Positions 36,923 to 47,015 are shown, counted from the first letter of the stretch. The stretch: DNA of 64,000 nucleotides from an uncultured Nitrososphaerota archaeon (GCA_963838925.1 CAWISW010000003.1:736001-800000); one strand, 5' to 3'. Notes: generated from the sequence alone by a model not told the origin. Numbers and translations are program-made.

Positions 36923-38383
36923 GTGGTCCTCCGAGTGGTGGCGAACGAGGCTGCTACGAAGCCCGCTCCTCTCAAAGACCTTCATGCGCTCATGGCTCGC
37001 GCCAGGAGGGAGGCGGAGCACCTCGTCGCGCTCTCAAACCGGGGCGCCAGGGTCCTCGTCGTCACCCACATCGACGCCGACGGCCTCTCGAGCGGCTCCA
37101 TCGCCTTCTCGGCGCTGGCTCGGAAGAACTTCGCCGTCTCGGTGAGGGCGATCCCCGACCTCGACCCGCGCGCCATCGAGAAGCTGAAGGCGGACAAGTT
37201 CGAGTTCTACCTGTTCACGGACCTGGGCTCGGGGCTCCTCGGCGCCCTCTCCGGGGCGTTCGGCGAGAGCTTCGTCGTGGTCGACCACCACCAGATACCA
37301 GAAGGAGACGCCTCCCATCCCAGGCTGATCAACGCCTGGAACTACGGCTACGACGGAGGCGAGGAGGCGTGCTCCGCCACGATGGCCTACGCGCTCGCCA
37401 AGGCGTTCGACGACCGAGGGAACCAGGACCTCTCAGCCCTGGCGCTCGTGGGCGCGCTCGGCGACCGTCAGGACAAGATGGAGGGACGCTCGCTCGGCGG
37501 GCTCAACAAGGTGGCCCTCGACGACGCGGTCACGAACGGGCTCGTCGAGCTCTCCAACGACCTCCTCTTCTTCGGCAGGGAAACGAGGCCAGTCCACGAG
37601 GCCATCGCGATGAGCTACTCCCCCTTCATCGCGGGACTGTCTGGGGCGAAGGACGCCGCGCTCGCGGCGCTCACGAACGCAGGCTTCAGGCTCAAGGAGG
37701 GCGGGAGGTGGCGCACGCTCGGGGAGCTCTCCAACGAGGAGAAAGGAAGGGTGATCGAGGTGATCTCAGGCTTCATCGCCTCGGCGGGCCACGGCTCCGA
37801 CATCCTCAAGGACCTCGTGGGGACTGTCTTCACCTTCGAGTACGAGGACCCCCTCACACCTCTGAGGGACGCCAGGGAGTTCTCGAGCGTCCTGAACGCG
37901 TGCGGGCGCATGGACAGGACCGACCTGGGGGTCTCGATCTGCCTCGGGGACAGGGAGGAGGCGCTTCGTCTCGCGCTTTCGCTCATGGCGGAGTACAGGG
38001 GAAAGCTGAACAAGGCCATCCAGAGGCTCCAGCTGGAGCCCGACAAGGTCGCCACCACGGGGGACGTCATGCTCGTCATGGGAGAGGAGTTCATCGAGGA
38101 GAGGATGACCGGGTCGGTCTCGTCCCTCCTCGCGTCCTCCGACCGCTTCCGCGACAAGCTCGTCCTCGTCAGGGCCAAGTCCGGGGACTCGGACCTGAAG
38201 TACTCGTCGCGCATCGGCGACTCCTACCCCGGGAAGGTCAACCTCGGTGAGGTGATGAGGCAGGCCGCGGAGAGCGTGGGCGGAGTGGGCGGGGGGCACA
38301 GCATGGCAGCTGGCGCCAAGGTGCCCTTCTCGAGGCGGGACGACTTCACAAGGCTCGTCCTGGAGAAGGTGGCCGCGCGCTGA
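36923..38383 (+). CDS. RecJ-like DHH phosphoesterase (GAN/Cdc45-like)
   Basis: HIDADG, TDLG, VDHH, GGGHSMAAG; conserved position after rps15. Confidence 0.88.
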   Translation: MVLRVVANEAATKPAPLKDLHALMARARREAEHLVALSNRGARVLVVTHIDADGLSSGSIAFSALARKNFAVSVRAIPDLDPRAIEKLKADKFEFYLFTDLGSGLLGALSGAFGESFVVVDHHQIPEGDASHPRLINAWNYGYDGGEEACSATMAYALAKAFDDRGNQDLSALALVGALGDRQDKMEGRSLGGLNKVALDDAVTNGLVELSNDLLFFGRETRPVHEAIAMSYSPFIAGLSGAKDAALAALTNAGFRLKEGGRWRTLGELSNEEKGRVIEVISGFIASAGHGSDILKDLVGTVFTFEYEDPLTPLRDAREFSSVLNACGRMDRTDLGVSICLGDREEALRLALSLMAEYRGKLNKAIQRLQLEPDKVATTGDVMLVMGEEFIEERMTGSVSSLLASSDRFRDKLVLVRAKSGDSDLKYSSRIGDSYPGKVNLGEVMRQAAESVGGVGGGHSMAAGAKVPFSRRDDFTRLVLEKVAAR

Positions 38384-38682
38384 CCGCCGCCAAGGCCAAG
38401 AGCCCCGAGGCGGGCCTGAGCGTCGTGCTCATGATCGAGTGCGCGGACGAGGCAGTGGCCGACGCGCTGAACCAGGCCCTCATGCCGGACAACAGGTACT
38501 TCCCGAAGGACCAGCGGTTCAGGGCGTCGAAGGAGGGCTCCACCATCCGTTTCGAGGTCGACTCCCCGAGGGCTAGGCCCGTCATCAGCACCGTCTCGAG
38601 CATAATCTCTGACGCCCGGCTCTTCCGCGACGTCTGGGTGGAGGCGAAGACCCGTGGGCTGGGAAACGCCGCGCAGGGGTGA
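38380..38682 (+). CDS. pcc1: KEOPS subunit Pcc1-like
   Basis: ALMPDN motif; conserved recJ-pcc1-serS-rps3ae order; start CTG 38380 (overlapping stop) or GTG 38425. Confidence 0.7.
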   Translation: MTAAKAKSPEAGLSVVLMIECADEAVADALNQALMPDNRYFPKDQRFRASKEGSTIRFEVDSPRARPVISTVSSIISDARLFRDVWVEAKTRGLGNAAQG

Positions 38683-38760
38683 CAGAAGGCACGGCCGTAG
38701 CCGCCGCGTTATCGGGGCGCGAAGGTTAATGCGAGGGGCGGACGAGGGGAGAGGAGAACA

Positions 38761-40035
38761 ATGCTCGACGTGAAGCTGCTCCGCGAGAGCCCCGACACAA
38801 TCAGGAAGGACCTCAGGAAGCGAGGCTGGCTCGAGAAGCTGCCGCTCGTGGACGAGGCCGTCGCGGACGACGCCGAGTGGCGGCAGGCCAAGAAGCGCGT
38901 CGACGACCTGAGGCACGCCCAGAACAAGCTCACAGCCGAGATAGCCACGCTGAAGAGGGCAGGAAAGGACGCGAAGGACAAGCTCGGGGAGGTGAAGGGG
39001 ATACCCGAGGAGATCGCGGCGCTGGAGAAGAGGGCCCAGGAGCTTCAAGCGAGGGTCAGGGAGATACTCATGTCGCTGCCGAACATCCTCCACGAGTCCG
39101 TGCCCACGGGGCCCGACGAGAGCGGGAACGTCACGGTGAGGACCTGGGGCAAGCCGAGGAAGTTCGACTTCAAGCCGAAGGACCACCTCGACCTGCTGGG
39201 GGCCCTCGGGCTCATCGACATGGAGCGGGCGGCGAAGGTCTCGGGCGCGCGGTTCTTCTTCCTGAAGGGGGACGCCCTTCGGCTCGAGCAGTCGATAATG
39301 AGGTACGCGGTGGACTTCCTCTCCGACAGGGGCTTCACCGCGGTCGGCCCGCCGCTGATGATGCGAAAGGAGGCGTACGCGGGGGTGGTCGACCTCGCGG
39401 ACTTCGGGCCCGTCATCTACAAGGTGGAGGGGGACGACCTCTATCTCATCGCCACCTCGGAGCACCCCCTGGTCGCCATGCACATGGACGAGATCATGCA
39501 GGGCGGCTCGCTTCCCGTGAAGTACTGCGGGTTCAGCCCCAACTTCAGGGTCGAGGCCGGGGCCCACGGCAAGGACACCAAGGGGATATTCCGCACCCAC
39601 CAGTTCTACAAGGTCGAGCAGGTGGTCTTCTCGAAGCCCGAGCAGAGCTGGCAGCTCCACGAGGAGCTCATAGGGAACGCGGAGGCCATCTTCCAGAGCT
39701 TCGGGCTGCACTACCGCGTCGTGAACATCTGCACGGGGGACATAGGCACGGTCGCGGCGAAGAAGTACGACCTCGAGGCTTGGATGCCCACCCAGGAGAG
39801 GTTCAGGGAGATGGTCTCCTGCAGCAACGTGACGGACTACCAGGCCAGGCGCCTGATGATCCGGTACAAGGAGAAGCAGAGCTCCGAGCCCACGCTCGTC
39901 CACACGCTCAACTCGACCGCGGTCACCACGCGGGCGCTGGTCGCGATAGTGGAGAACTGCCAGCAGGAGGACGGCTCGATATCCATCCCGAAGCCGCTGG
40001 TGCCGTACATGGGCGGGCGCGAGAAGATTTCCTAG
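38761..40035 (+). CDS. serS: seryl-tRNA synthetase
   Basis: LIATSEH, FRVEAG, GIFRTHQF, EMVSCSN, HTLNST. Confidence 0.97.
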   Translation: MLDVKLLRESPDTIRKDLRKRGWLEKLPLVDEAVADDAEWRQAKKRVDDLRHAQNKLTAEIATLKRAGKDAKDKLGEVKGIPEEIAALEKRAQELQARVREILMSLPNILHESVPTGPDESGNVTVRTWGKPRKFDFKPKDHLDLLGALGLIDMERAAKVSGARFFFLKGDALRLEQSIMRYAVDFLSDRGFTAVGPPLMMRKEAYAGVVDLADFGPVIYKVEGDDLYLIATSEHPLVAMHMDEIMQGGSLPVKYCGFSPNFRVEAGAHGKDTKGIFRTHQFYKVEQVVFSKPEQSWQLHEELIGNAEAIFQSFGLHYRVVNICTGDIGTVAAKKYDLEAWMPTQERFREMVSCSNVTDYQARRLMIRYKEKQSSEPTLVHTLNSTAVTTRALVAIVENCQQEDGSISIPKPLVPYMGGREKIS

Positions 40036-40076
40036 GTCGATGTTTTTAAGCCAGATAAATCAGGCCGGCAAGCTAG

Positions 40077-40715
40077 TTGCCCAAGAAAGTAACAGGGAAG
40101 GTGCGGGACAAGTGGAAACTGAAGCAATGGGTCACAGTCCTCGCCTCCCCGTCGTTCGGGAACGCGCCCATCGGCAGGGTGCCGATGACCGACATCGAGA
40201 AGCCCGCCGGGCGGGTCGTCGAGACGACGCTCTACGACATCCTGAAGCAGGACCCACAGCACTACAGCTTCAAGCTCTACTTCCAGATAGACAGGGTCGA
40301 CGGCGACACCGCCTACACCATCCTAAAGGCGCACGAGTACTCGAGGGAGTACCTCCGCAGCCTGATCAGGAGGGGCTCGTCGATGTCAGACTTCATCAAG
40401 GACTACACGACGAAGGACGGCTACGTCGTCAGGGTCTACACGATAGCTCTCTCGCAAGGGAGGATGAACGCGTCAAAGAAGCACGAGATCCGCATGATCA
40501 CCGACAAGATAATCGGGGAGCGGGCCGCGTCCTTGGAGTACGACCAGTTCGTCCAGGAGACCGTCCTCCAGAAGCTCGCCTCCGACGTCTACAACGAGGC
40601 GAAGAACATCACCAGGCTGAGGCACGTCGGCGTGAGGAAGACCAAGCTCATCGGCAGGCCTACTGCCGCGTCGGCCGAAGCGCCGATCGAAGAGCTAGCC
40701 GCGCCTGCCGCTTGA
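40077..40715 (+). CDS. rps3ae: 30S ribosomal protein eS1 (S3Ae)
   Basis: DKWKLKQW, GRVVETTL, YLRSLIRR. Confidence 0.95.
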   Translation: MPKKVTGKVRDKWKLKQWVTVLASPSFGNAPIGRVPMTDIEKPAGRVVETTLYDILKQDPQHYSFKLYFQIDRVDGDTAYTILKAHEYSREYLRSLIRRGSSMSDFIKDYTTKDGYVVRVYTIALSQGRMNASKKHEIRMITDKIIGERAASLEYDQFVQETVLQKLASDVYNEAKNITRLRHVGVRKTKLIGRPTAASAEAPIEELAAPAA

Positions 40716-41897
40716 GATAATCTTCACGATATCCCTGTCTTTCAGCACATAGTCTGAAGAGAGTCTCATCCCCGTCCTCGCGTCCATAGCGTAGAGGAAA
40801 GTCTGCGCGAGGTCGCTGTGAATCCTCCTCGCCAGGTCCAGCGCGGTCGACCCCCCGTTCATCACGTACGCGTCCGGCAGCACGTCCCCGTCCTTGTTGC
40901 AGAGCTTCGTCTCGTCCTCCACCGGGTAGACGACCACCGCTTTGAGGAGCCCGAAGTACGCCTGGTCGATGGCCTGCTGCACCCCCGTGCTCCCGTAGAC
41001 GTCGATGACCCTCTCCTTCACCAGCTCGAGCGCCCTCGCCTGGGCCGGCGTCAGCCCCTCCTTGGTCACCTTGAACGACGCGTCGCCCGGCGTGTAGGCG
41101 ATTACGCCCGCCTCGGCCGCCTTGCGCAGGAGCAGCTCCGCCTCCGCCGCGCATGGTATGACGGTCTTCCCAGAGCTCCTCAGGGCCGGGATCTTGTCCG
41201 CCGCTGACGGCAGGTCGGCCTTGTTCGCCGCGATCAGGCTGGGCTTGTTCCTCTCCCTGAGCGCCCTCACGAACGACTCGAGCGAGCCCGGCCCCCAGCC
41301 CAGGGGCCTGTCAGCCTTGAGGTGCAGCTTGAGGAGGGTCTCCTCGACCATCGCCTCTGTGATCCCGATGCCGGTGAGCCTCTGTGCGAGCGCGGGCACC
41401 ACGCTCGTCTTCAGCTGCTCTGAGAGCTTGGAGGTCTTCTCCCAGTCTCGCTTGATTATCCCGAGGAGCCACTGGTCGACCTCGTTCTCCACCATCTCGA
41501 CGTCCTTCATGGGGTCCTGGCTCCCCGGGGCGGTCTTCTGCCCCTCCAGGTCGGTTGAGCCCGAGGCGTCGACGACGTGGACGACGGCGTCGGCCTGCAT
41601 GATGTCCTCGAGGAACTGGTTCCCGAGCCCCCTCCCGGTGGCTGCGCCGGACACCAGGCCCGCGACGTCTATCAGCTTCACGGGGATCAGCCTCACGCCG
41701 TTGGCGCAGACCGAGTTCTTCGGCTTGTCGACGACGCCCATCTCCTCGTGGATGCACTTCGTCCGGAGGTACGCCATCCCGACGTTCGGCTTTATGGTCG
41801 TGAACGGGAAGTCCGCGATGGGGACGCTCTTCAGCGTCGCCGCGACGAAGAAGGTCGACTTGCCGACGTTTGGCTTCCCCAGGATCCCGACTATCAG
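40695..41897 (-). CDS. ychF: YchF/OLA1-like Obg-family NTPase, CTG start
   Basis: Extending the track ORF upstream gives MIVGILGKPNVGKST...FPFTTI; DVAGL, NKAD, TGS domain. Confidence 0.92.
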   Translation of the reverse strand: MIVGILGKPNVGKSTFFVAATLKSVPIADFPFTTIKPNVGMAYLRTKCIHEEMGVVDKPKNSVCANGVRLIPVKLIDVAGLVSGAATGRGLGNQFLEDIMQADAVVHVVDASGSTDLEGQKTAPGSQDPMKDVEMVENEVDQWLLGIIKRDWEKTSKLSEQLKTSVVPALAQRLTGIGITEAMVEETLLKLHLKADRPLGWGPGSLESFVRALRERNKPSLIAANKADLPSAADKIPALRSSGKTVIPCAAEAELLLRKAAEAGVIAYTPGDASFKVTKEGLTPAQARALELVKERVIDVYGSTGVQQAIDQAYFGLLKAVVVYPVEDETKLCNKDGDVLPDAYVMNGGSTALDLARRIHSDLAQTFLYAMDARTGMRLSSDYVLKDRDIVKIISSGRRG

Positions 41898-42484
41898 GAG
41901 CCCTCGCGCCTCGTTTTCTTCCTGGTGATCAGCCGGACTCGCACGTCAACCGCGTGGTAGCTCTTTGGGAAGGCGAGACGGCTCTCGCTGTGGATGCAGA
42001 ACTCGGGCGAAGGGCCTAGGACCATCTGCCGCTGCCACAGGTCGGTCCTCCTGTCTCCCGCCAACTTTGAGAGGTCCTCCAGGAATGCCTGATAAGTCGT
42101 CCGGGGCGGCTTTTGGACCCAGGCCGCGAACCGTGCCTCGCCCAGGGGGAGCCCTCCCCTCCGCAGCCTGTAGAGCCCTCCTGCCCCGCCGGACGCCTCC
42201 ATCGCGACGTCGTCGTGCGCCTTCCTGTTGTCGTCGGACACCGCCCCTTCGTTCAGCGCTCCCAGCGACGCGTAGTCCCTCACCACGTACCAGTCCTCGC
42301 AGGCCCCAGAGCGGGCGCCCGCCCAGGGAAGGGCCCTGACGCGGAAGCTGAGGGTGTCGACGAGCCCGTCCGGCGCGTGCGCCTTGAGCGAGGCCTCGAA
42401 CTCCAGGAGCTTCCCCTCGTACGCGCTCTGGCTGATGCCCGGCCGGGGCCAGTGCCAGAAGACGTAGCCGAGGGGGGACGACAA
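41894..42484 (-). CDS. hypothetical protein
   Basis: GYVFWHWP..., LWQRQMVLGPSPEFC; host-like codons; start uncertain. Confidence 0.6.
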   Translation of the reverse strand: MSSPLGYVFWHWPRPGISQSAYEGKLLEFEASLKAHAPDGLVDTLSFRVRALPWAGARSGACEDWYVVRDYASLGALNEGAVSDDNRKAHDDVAMEASGGAGGLYRLRRGGLPLGEARFAAWVQKPPRTTYQAFLEDLSKLAGDRRTDLWQRQMVLGPSPEFCIHSESRLAFPKSYHAVDVRVRLITRKKTRREGS

Positions 42485-42572
42485 GGCGCGGGTCAGGCGC
42501 GTCCGCGTCGCTCTAGGTAAAAAGCCATCCCGAGACAAACCATTTACATCGAGCGACGCCTCCCCGCTACCC

Positions 42573-43886
42573 ATGCCCAGGGTGGTGGTGGTCGGCGGCG
42601 GGGTGGCCGGCCTGTCAGCCGCCCTGGCCGCCTCTGGGATGGGGGCGAAGACAACCCTCCTCGAGTCGTCGAAGAAGGTCGGGGTGTCCAGGGCCCTGAT
42701 GCCACTCTTGCTCTCCGACGGGTGGACGGAGGACGACCTCGTCCTCCCTCAGGCGGACGCGCTCTCGGGCGCCGGCGTCCAGGTGAGGACGGGCGTCACA
42801 GTCGAGTCCGTCCAGCACAGGGAGGGGATCGTCCGAGTCTCTTCGTCCTCGGCCGGCCTAGGGTTCGACTCCGTCGTGCTCTGCACCGGAGCGGCCAGCG
42901 ACGTCCCTCAGCTCAGGGGCGTCACGAAGCCGAACGTCTTCGTCCTGAGGGAGCCCGCGGACTACCTCAGGCTCTCCAAGTCGCTGCCCTCCCTTGAGAC
43001 TCTGGTCGTCTCGGGCCCCATCCCGCTGGGCCTGAAGCTCGGCGAGATCCTCTCGGCGAAGGGGAAGCGCGCCCTCGTCTACTGCGGGAAGGAGGGCCTC
43101 GCCCGCCAGTTCTCGGAGTCGGTCGCCGCCGCGATTCGGCGCGAGGCCTCGGCAATGGGCGAGGACCGCCGCTTGACCCTCGTCGACGACTCGGTCGACT
43201 CCATCCTGGGGGTAAGGACCGCCGAGGCTGTCTCCTCGTCCGGGGCCGTCCAGACGTGCGACGGGGTCGTGGTCATCCCGAGGAGCGTCCCCTCCTTCCC
43301 GAAGGTGGAGTGCGAGAAGGGGCGCGACGGCGGGCTCCTGGTCGACTCCGCCATGTGCACCAGCCTCCGAGGCGTCTACGCAGCGGGGGACTCCGCTGAG
43401 ATCAGGTTCAAGTCCGGCTCCGTGCCCGCGCGCCTCTACTCCACCAGCAGGATGGGGGGCGAGGTCGCGGGGATCAACGCAGCCGGGGGGAAGGCGTCCG
43501 CGGCGCCCTCCTGGTCGGTGGAGCAGACCTACTTCGGGCTGGAGTTCTGCTCCGCCGGGCTCAGCGAGGCGGAGGCCTCGGCCATGGGGCTCGAAGCCCT
43601 CACCTTCGACGGCGCCTCGAGGGAAGTCCTCCGTGGCGGTGCCGGCCGTCCCCACGAGACCCTTGTCTCCATCGTCTATGACGCGGCGACCCACCAGGTC
43701 TACGGCCTCCAGGTCGCGGGCTGGCGCGCCTCCTCCCTGTCGAGCGCGGCCTCCATGATAGTCTCCCTCGGCCTGACGGTCGAGCAGCTCGTCCACCTCG
43801 AGACCCCGTACTCGCCGGGCTCCAGTTACGACGTTTCTCCAATATCCTTAACAGCAGGAAAAATCCCGCGGTCCAAAGGAAGCTGA
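42573..43886 (+). CDS. FAD-dependent pyridine nucleotide-disulfide oxidoreductase-like protein (degenerate NADH oxidase/CoADR type)
   Basis: GGGVAG, LCTGA, TS.RGVYAAGD, C-terminal ETPYSP dimerisation motif. Confidence 0.75.
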   Translation: MPRVVVVGGGVAGLSAALAASGMGAKTTLLESSKKVGVSRALMPLLLSDGWTEDDLVLPQADALSGAGVQVRTGVTVESVQHREGIVRVSSSSAGLGFDSVVLCTGAASDVPQLRGVTKPNVFVLREPADYLRLSKSLPSLETLVVSGPIPLGLKLGEILSAKGKRALVYCGKEGLARQFSESVAAAIRREASAMGEDRRLTLVDDSVDSILGVRTAEAVSSSGAVQTCDGVVVIPRSVPSFPKVECEKGRDGGLLVDSAMCTSLRGVYAAGDSAEIRFKSGSVPARLYSTSRMGGEVAGINAAGGKASAAPSWSVEQTYFGLEFCSAGLSEAEASAMGLEALTFDGASREVLRGGAGRPHETLVSIVYDAATHQVYGLQVAGWRASSLSSAASMIVSLGLTVEQLVHLETPYSPGSSYDVSPISLTAGKIPRSKGS

Positions 43887-43887
43887 C

Positions 43888-44808
43888 TTGGCGAAGCGCA
43901 GAGTCCTGGTCTGCGACGCGATGGACGTCGCGACGCTTGGATTGACCGACGCCTTCGAGGTCGACTACGAGCCGAAGATCACCAAGGAGGAGCTCCTCTC
44001 AAGGGTCGAGAACTACGACGCCCTCGTAATCCGCAGCAGGACGAAGGTGGACGCGGAGGTGATAGCGCGCGGGACCCATCTGAAGATCGTCGCAAGGTCA
44101 GGAAGCGGGGTCGACAACATAGACCTCAGGGCCGCGAACGCCAATGGGGTCGAGGTGGTTAGCAGCCCCGAGGCGCTCGTAGAGTCCGTCGCGGAGCACG
44201 TGATAGGCCTGATGCTGACGCTTGCCAGGAACATCCCCGGGGCGGACGCCGCGATGAAGGAAGGGAGGTGGGACAAGGAGCGGTTCGTCGGCGTCGAGCT
44301 GAGGGGCAAGACCCTCGGGATCGCCGGGCTCGGGCGCATCGGGAAGCGGGTCGCCGAGATAGCCCGCGTCATCGGGATGTCACTCCTCGCCTACGACGTG
44401 GTCGAGATACCGCAGGAGACCCTGGCCTCCATGGGCTGCAGGATGGTCGACCTGGACACCCTCTTCGCGTCCTCCGACTTCATAACCCTCCACATCCCCC
44501 TCACCTCCGAGACGAGGCGCATGGTCGACTCGCGCAGGCTGTCGCTGATGAAGAGGAGCGCGTTTCTCATAAACACCTCCCGCGGCGAGGTGATAGACGA
44601 GGCGGCCCTCGGGCGCGCCCTGAGGGCAGGAGAGATAGGAGGGGCGGCGCTCGACGTCTTCGAAAGCGAGCCTCCTCGCTCGGACATCGCGACCGCGCCG
44701 AACATCATAGCGACGCCCCACATCGGGGGGCAGACCAGGGACGCCCAAGCGATGGCCGTGACCATAGTCGGCGCCAAGATCAACCAGTTCTTTGCGGGAA
44801 GGCAGTAG
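43888..44808 (+). CDS. D-2-hydroxyacid dehydrogenase (phosphoglycerate dehydrogenase-like)
   Basis: GSGVDNID, GLGRIG, INTSRG, LDVFESEP, TPHIGG. Confidence 0.88.
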   Translation: MAKRRVLVCDAMDVATLGLTDAFEVDYEPKITKEELLSRVENYDALVIRSRTKVDAEVIARGTHLKIVARSGSGVDNIDLRAANANGVEVVSSPEALVESVAEHVIGLMLTLARNIPGADAAMKEGRWDKERFVGVELRGKTLGIAGLGRIGKRVAEIARVIGMSLLAYDVVEIPQETLASMGCRMVDLDTLFASSDFITLHIPLTSETRRMVDSRRLSLMKRSAFLINTSRGEVIDEAALGRALRAGEIGGAALDVFESEPPRSDIATAPNIIATPHIGGQTRDAQAMAVTIVGAKINQFFAGRQ

Positions 44809-44843
44809 AGCGAAGACTTATCTTCCTCTTTCAAACCGGGGCA

Positions 44844-45308
44844 ATGTTCGCTTTGTACAGACAGATAGGGGAGACCTGGCAGAAGGTCTTCAAGGACAAG
44901 TCGGGAGACATCCTCGAGAGGGCGGTCGCCCTGAGGAGGGGCCCGACCATGGAGCGCATCGCGCGCCCCTCGCGCCTGAACAAGGCGAGGATGCTGGGCT
45001 ACAAGGCAAAGGAAGGAGTGGTGGTAATCAGGATAAGGGTCGCCTCCGGCGGAATGAGGCGGCCTCGCCCTGTGTCAGGCCGCAGGCCGAAGCACTTGGG
45101 GGTCCTCAGGATGAAGTCGGACGAGCCGGTGCAGAAGGTCGCGGAGCGGCGCGTCTGGCAGAAGCACGCCAACCTCAAGATGCTCGGTTCCTACGAGCTC
45201 TGGGTGGACGGCAAGCACAGGTGGTACGAGTGCATCATGATCGACCCCGAGCACCCGGTCATCAAGAAGGACTACGACTACCGGCGCAGACTCGGCCTGG
45301 TCTCCTGA
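44844..45308 (+). CDS. rpl15e: 50S ribosomal protein eL15 (short, 154 aa)
   Basis: RPSRLNKARMLGYKAK, GRRPK, VAERR, DGKHRWYE..IDP.HP. Confidence 0.93.
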   Translation: MFALYRQIGETWQKVFKDKSGDILERAVALRRGPTMERIARPSRLNKARMLGYKAKEGVVVIRIRVASGGMRRPRPVSGRRPKHLGVLRMKSDEPVQKVAERRVWQKHANLKMLGSYELWVDGKHRWYECIMIDPEHPVIKKDYDYRRRLGLVS

Positions 45309-45310
45309 GC

Positions 45311-46585
45311 CTAGAAGCCTACAAGCTGCGGCTGTTCCGGCTTCAAGACCTCCCTCAGCAGGACCGTCGCATACTCGCCCTTCCCCAGCGAGAACTCCAG
45401 CACGAAGCCCCTCTCCTCCCTTGCGCATGACAGGTCGCTCGAGAGGAGCGGCGCAGGCCTGAACCCGCCCTCGCTGCTCATCTCCTCGGCCTCCTTGATG
45501 TAGAACGCCCCCGGGGCGATCCCTTCTTCCTCGATCACCTTGGCGAGGACGGCGTCGAACCTCGACCCGTAGTTCCTGTACGCATATCCCACTATCTGCA
45601 ATAGGGGGACGGAGACGCCCTCCTTGGGAACCTCCTCCCTCACCCCGTGCACCCTCCCCACCGTTAGCCCGTCGTCCTTGAGGCGCGCCCAGTTGTCCCC
45701 TGGCAGGGCCTTTGAGATGTCGAGCCCCTCGGCCAGAGCCCTGCTCAAGGCGAGGTTGAAGATGTACGCCTGGTACGAGTTCACCAGAAGGCGCCTGATG
45801 GGGATGGGTATCCTCCTGAGCGCGCCTATGTGGTCCTCGGGCTTCTGGGCGAGGTGCGAGGCGATCTTCCGCTCCAGGTCCTGACGAGGCGAGAACAGCC
45901 GGAGCGCCTCCCCGTAGCGCCCCTCCCCGCACAGCCTTCTGGCCTCCCTGGCGTCCTCGTCCTCCCCCTCCCTCGGGTCCGCGACCATCAGCCCGACCGC
46001 GCCTCCAAAGTCCTTCGCGACTATCGCCTTCCCCACCCTGCGGTTCACCCCTCCCTTCAGGCCGAACCTCTGGTAGCCGTAGAAGTTCGCGACCCGCCTG
46101 GCCCCGCACGCGGCGAAGCACCTCTCGACGTCGCCCCCTATGTCCTCTTGAGTCTCCAGGAGTATCCTGAAACTGTTCCCGGTGAGCATCCCCCTCGTGA
46201 TGGGCCTCGAGAATCCTACCAGCACTGCCTCGAACCTGCTCCCGTGGAGCTCCGGAGGAGAGGACGCCCGCGTGCTCCTCGCGCTCATGTACTGGACGAC
46301 AGTGGCGTTCTTGTCCTTCAGGCCCGCGAAGTTCACCTCGCTCTTGATCATCTCGGCGATCTCCCTTGCGACGTGGGGCGTGTCGACCCCCGCCTTGGTC
46401 ACCCTGTAGACGGGGACGAGCCCCGGCTCCTTGGCCTGGACGACGCCCTTGAGGGAGATGAGCTCCTGGACCTGGAAGTCGTTGAAGCTCGTCCTCAGGC
46501 GGCCTTCGTGCCGCCCCCCTTCGGTGGAGTATCGAAGCAGGCCTGAGTCTGTGTCTATCTGCGGGGGCTGCGCCTCAGCCGTCAT
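45311..46585 (-). CDS. truD: tRNA pseudouridine(13) synthase TruD
   Basis: AGLKDK.A, GNSFRI, NFYGYQRFG, YQAYIFN, KGEYAT. Confidence 0.92.
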   Translation of the reverse strand: MTAEAQPPQIDTDSGLLRYSTEGGRHEGRLRTSFNDFQVQELISLKGVVQAKEPGLVPVYRVTKAGVDTPHVAREIAEMIKSEVNFAGLKDKNATVVQYMSARSTRASSPPELHGSRFEAVLVGFSRPITRGMLTGNSFRILLETQEDIGGDVERCFAACGARRVANFYGYQRFGLKGGVNRRVGKAIVAKDFGGAVGLMVADPREGEDEDAREARRLCGEGRYGEALRLFSPRQDLERKIASHLAQKPEDHIGALRRIPIPIRRLLVNSYQAYIFNLALSRALAEGLDISKALPGDNWARLKDDGLTVGRVHGVREEVPKEGVSVPLLQIVGYAYRNYGSRFDAVLAKVIEEEGIAPGAFYIKEAEEMSSEGGFRPAPLLSSDLSCAREERGFVLEFSLGKGEYATVLLREVLKPEQPQLVGF

Positions 46586-46587
46586 CG

Positions 46588-46947
46588 TCAAAGCAGCTTC
46601 AGTTTGCCGGTGACCTTGTCGATCTCGCCAGAAGGCCCGGGCCCAATCCCGAGGCACGTCGTGGTCCCAGGCTCGACCTGGGTCAGGCCCCTGTCCACGA
46701 TGAGGGACGAGGGGAGGCCGAGGCTCCTCGCCTGCTTCTGGAGGTCTGTCAAAGCGCTCTCCCCCCCTTCAGACTTGACCACGACCTTCGCCTGGCCCTG
46801 CTCCCTCCAAGAATCATACCAGTCGGGGTGCTTGTGCCGGGCCGCCTCCGCGGCGTCGAGGGCCGCGTGGGCCACCTGCGCGGCGACCTTGCCCTTGCCC
46901 ATCTTCAGGTCCGACCTGACCACGATTACCTGCTTGATTTCGGTCAC
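46588..46947 (-). CDS. pth2: peptidyl-tRNA hydrolase Pth2
   Basis: DLKMGKGKVAAQVAH, DRGLTQV, GIGP. Confidence 0.95.
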   Translation of the reverse strand: MTEIKQVIVVRSDLKMGKGKVAAQVAHAALDAAEAARHKHPDWYDSWREQGQAKVVVKSEGGESALTDLQKQARSLGLPSSLIVDRGLTQVEPGTTTCLGIGPGPSGEIDKVTGKLKLL

Positions 46948-47015
46948 GACGGCCGGGCACCCAATTCGAAGGGTTATTACGCGCCGGGTTAAGGCTTGCT
47001 CCGGCTCTGGACACG

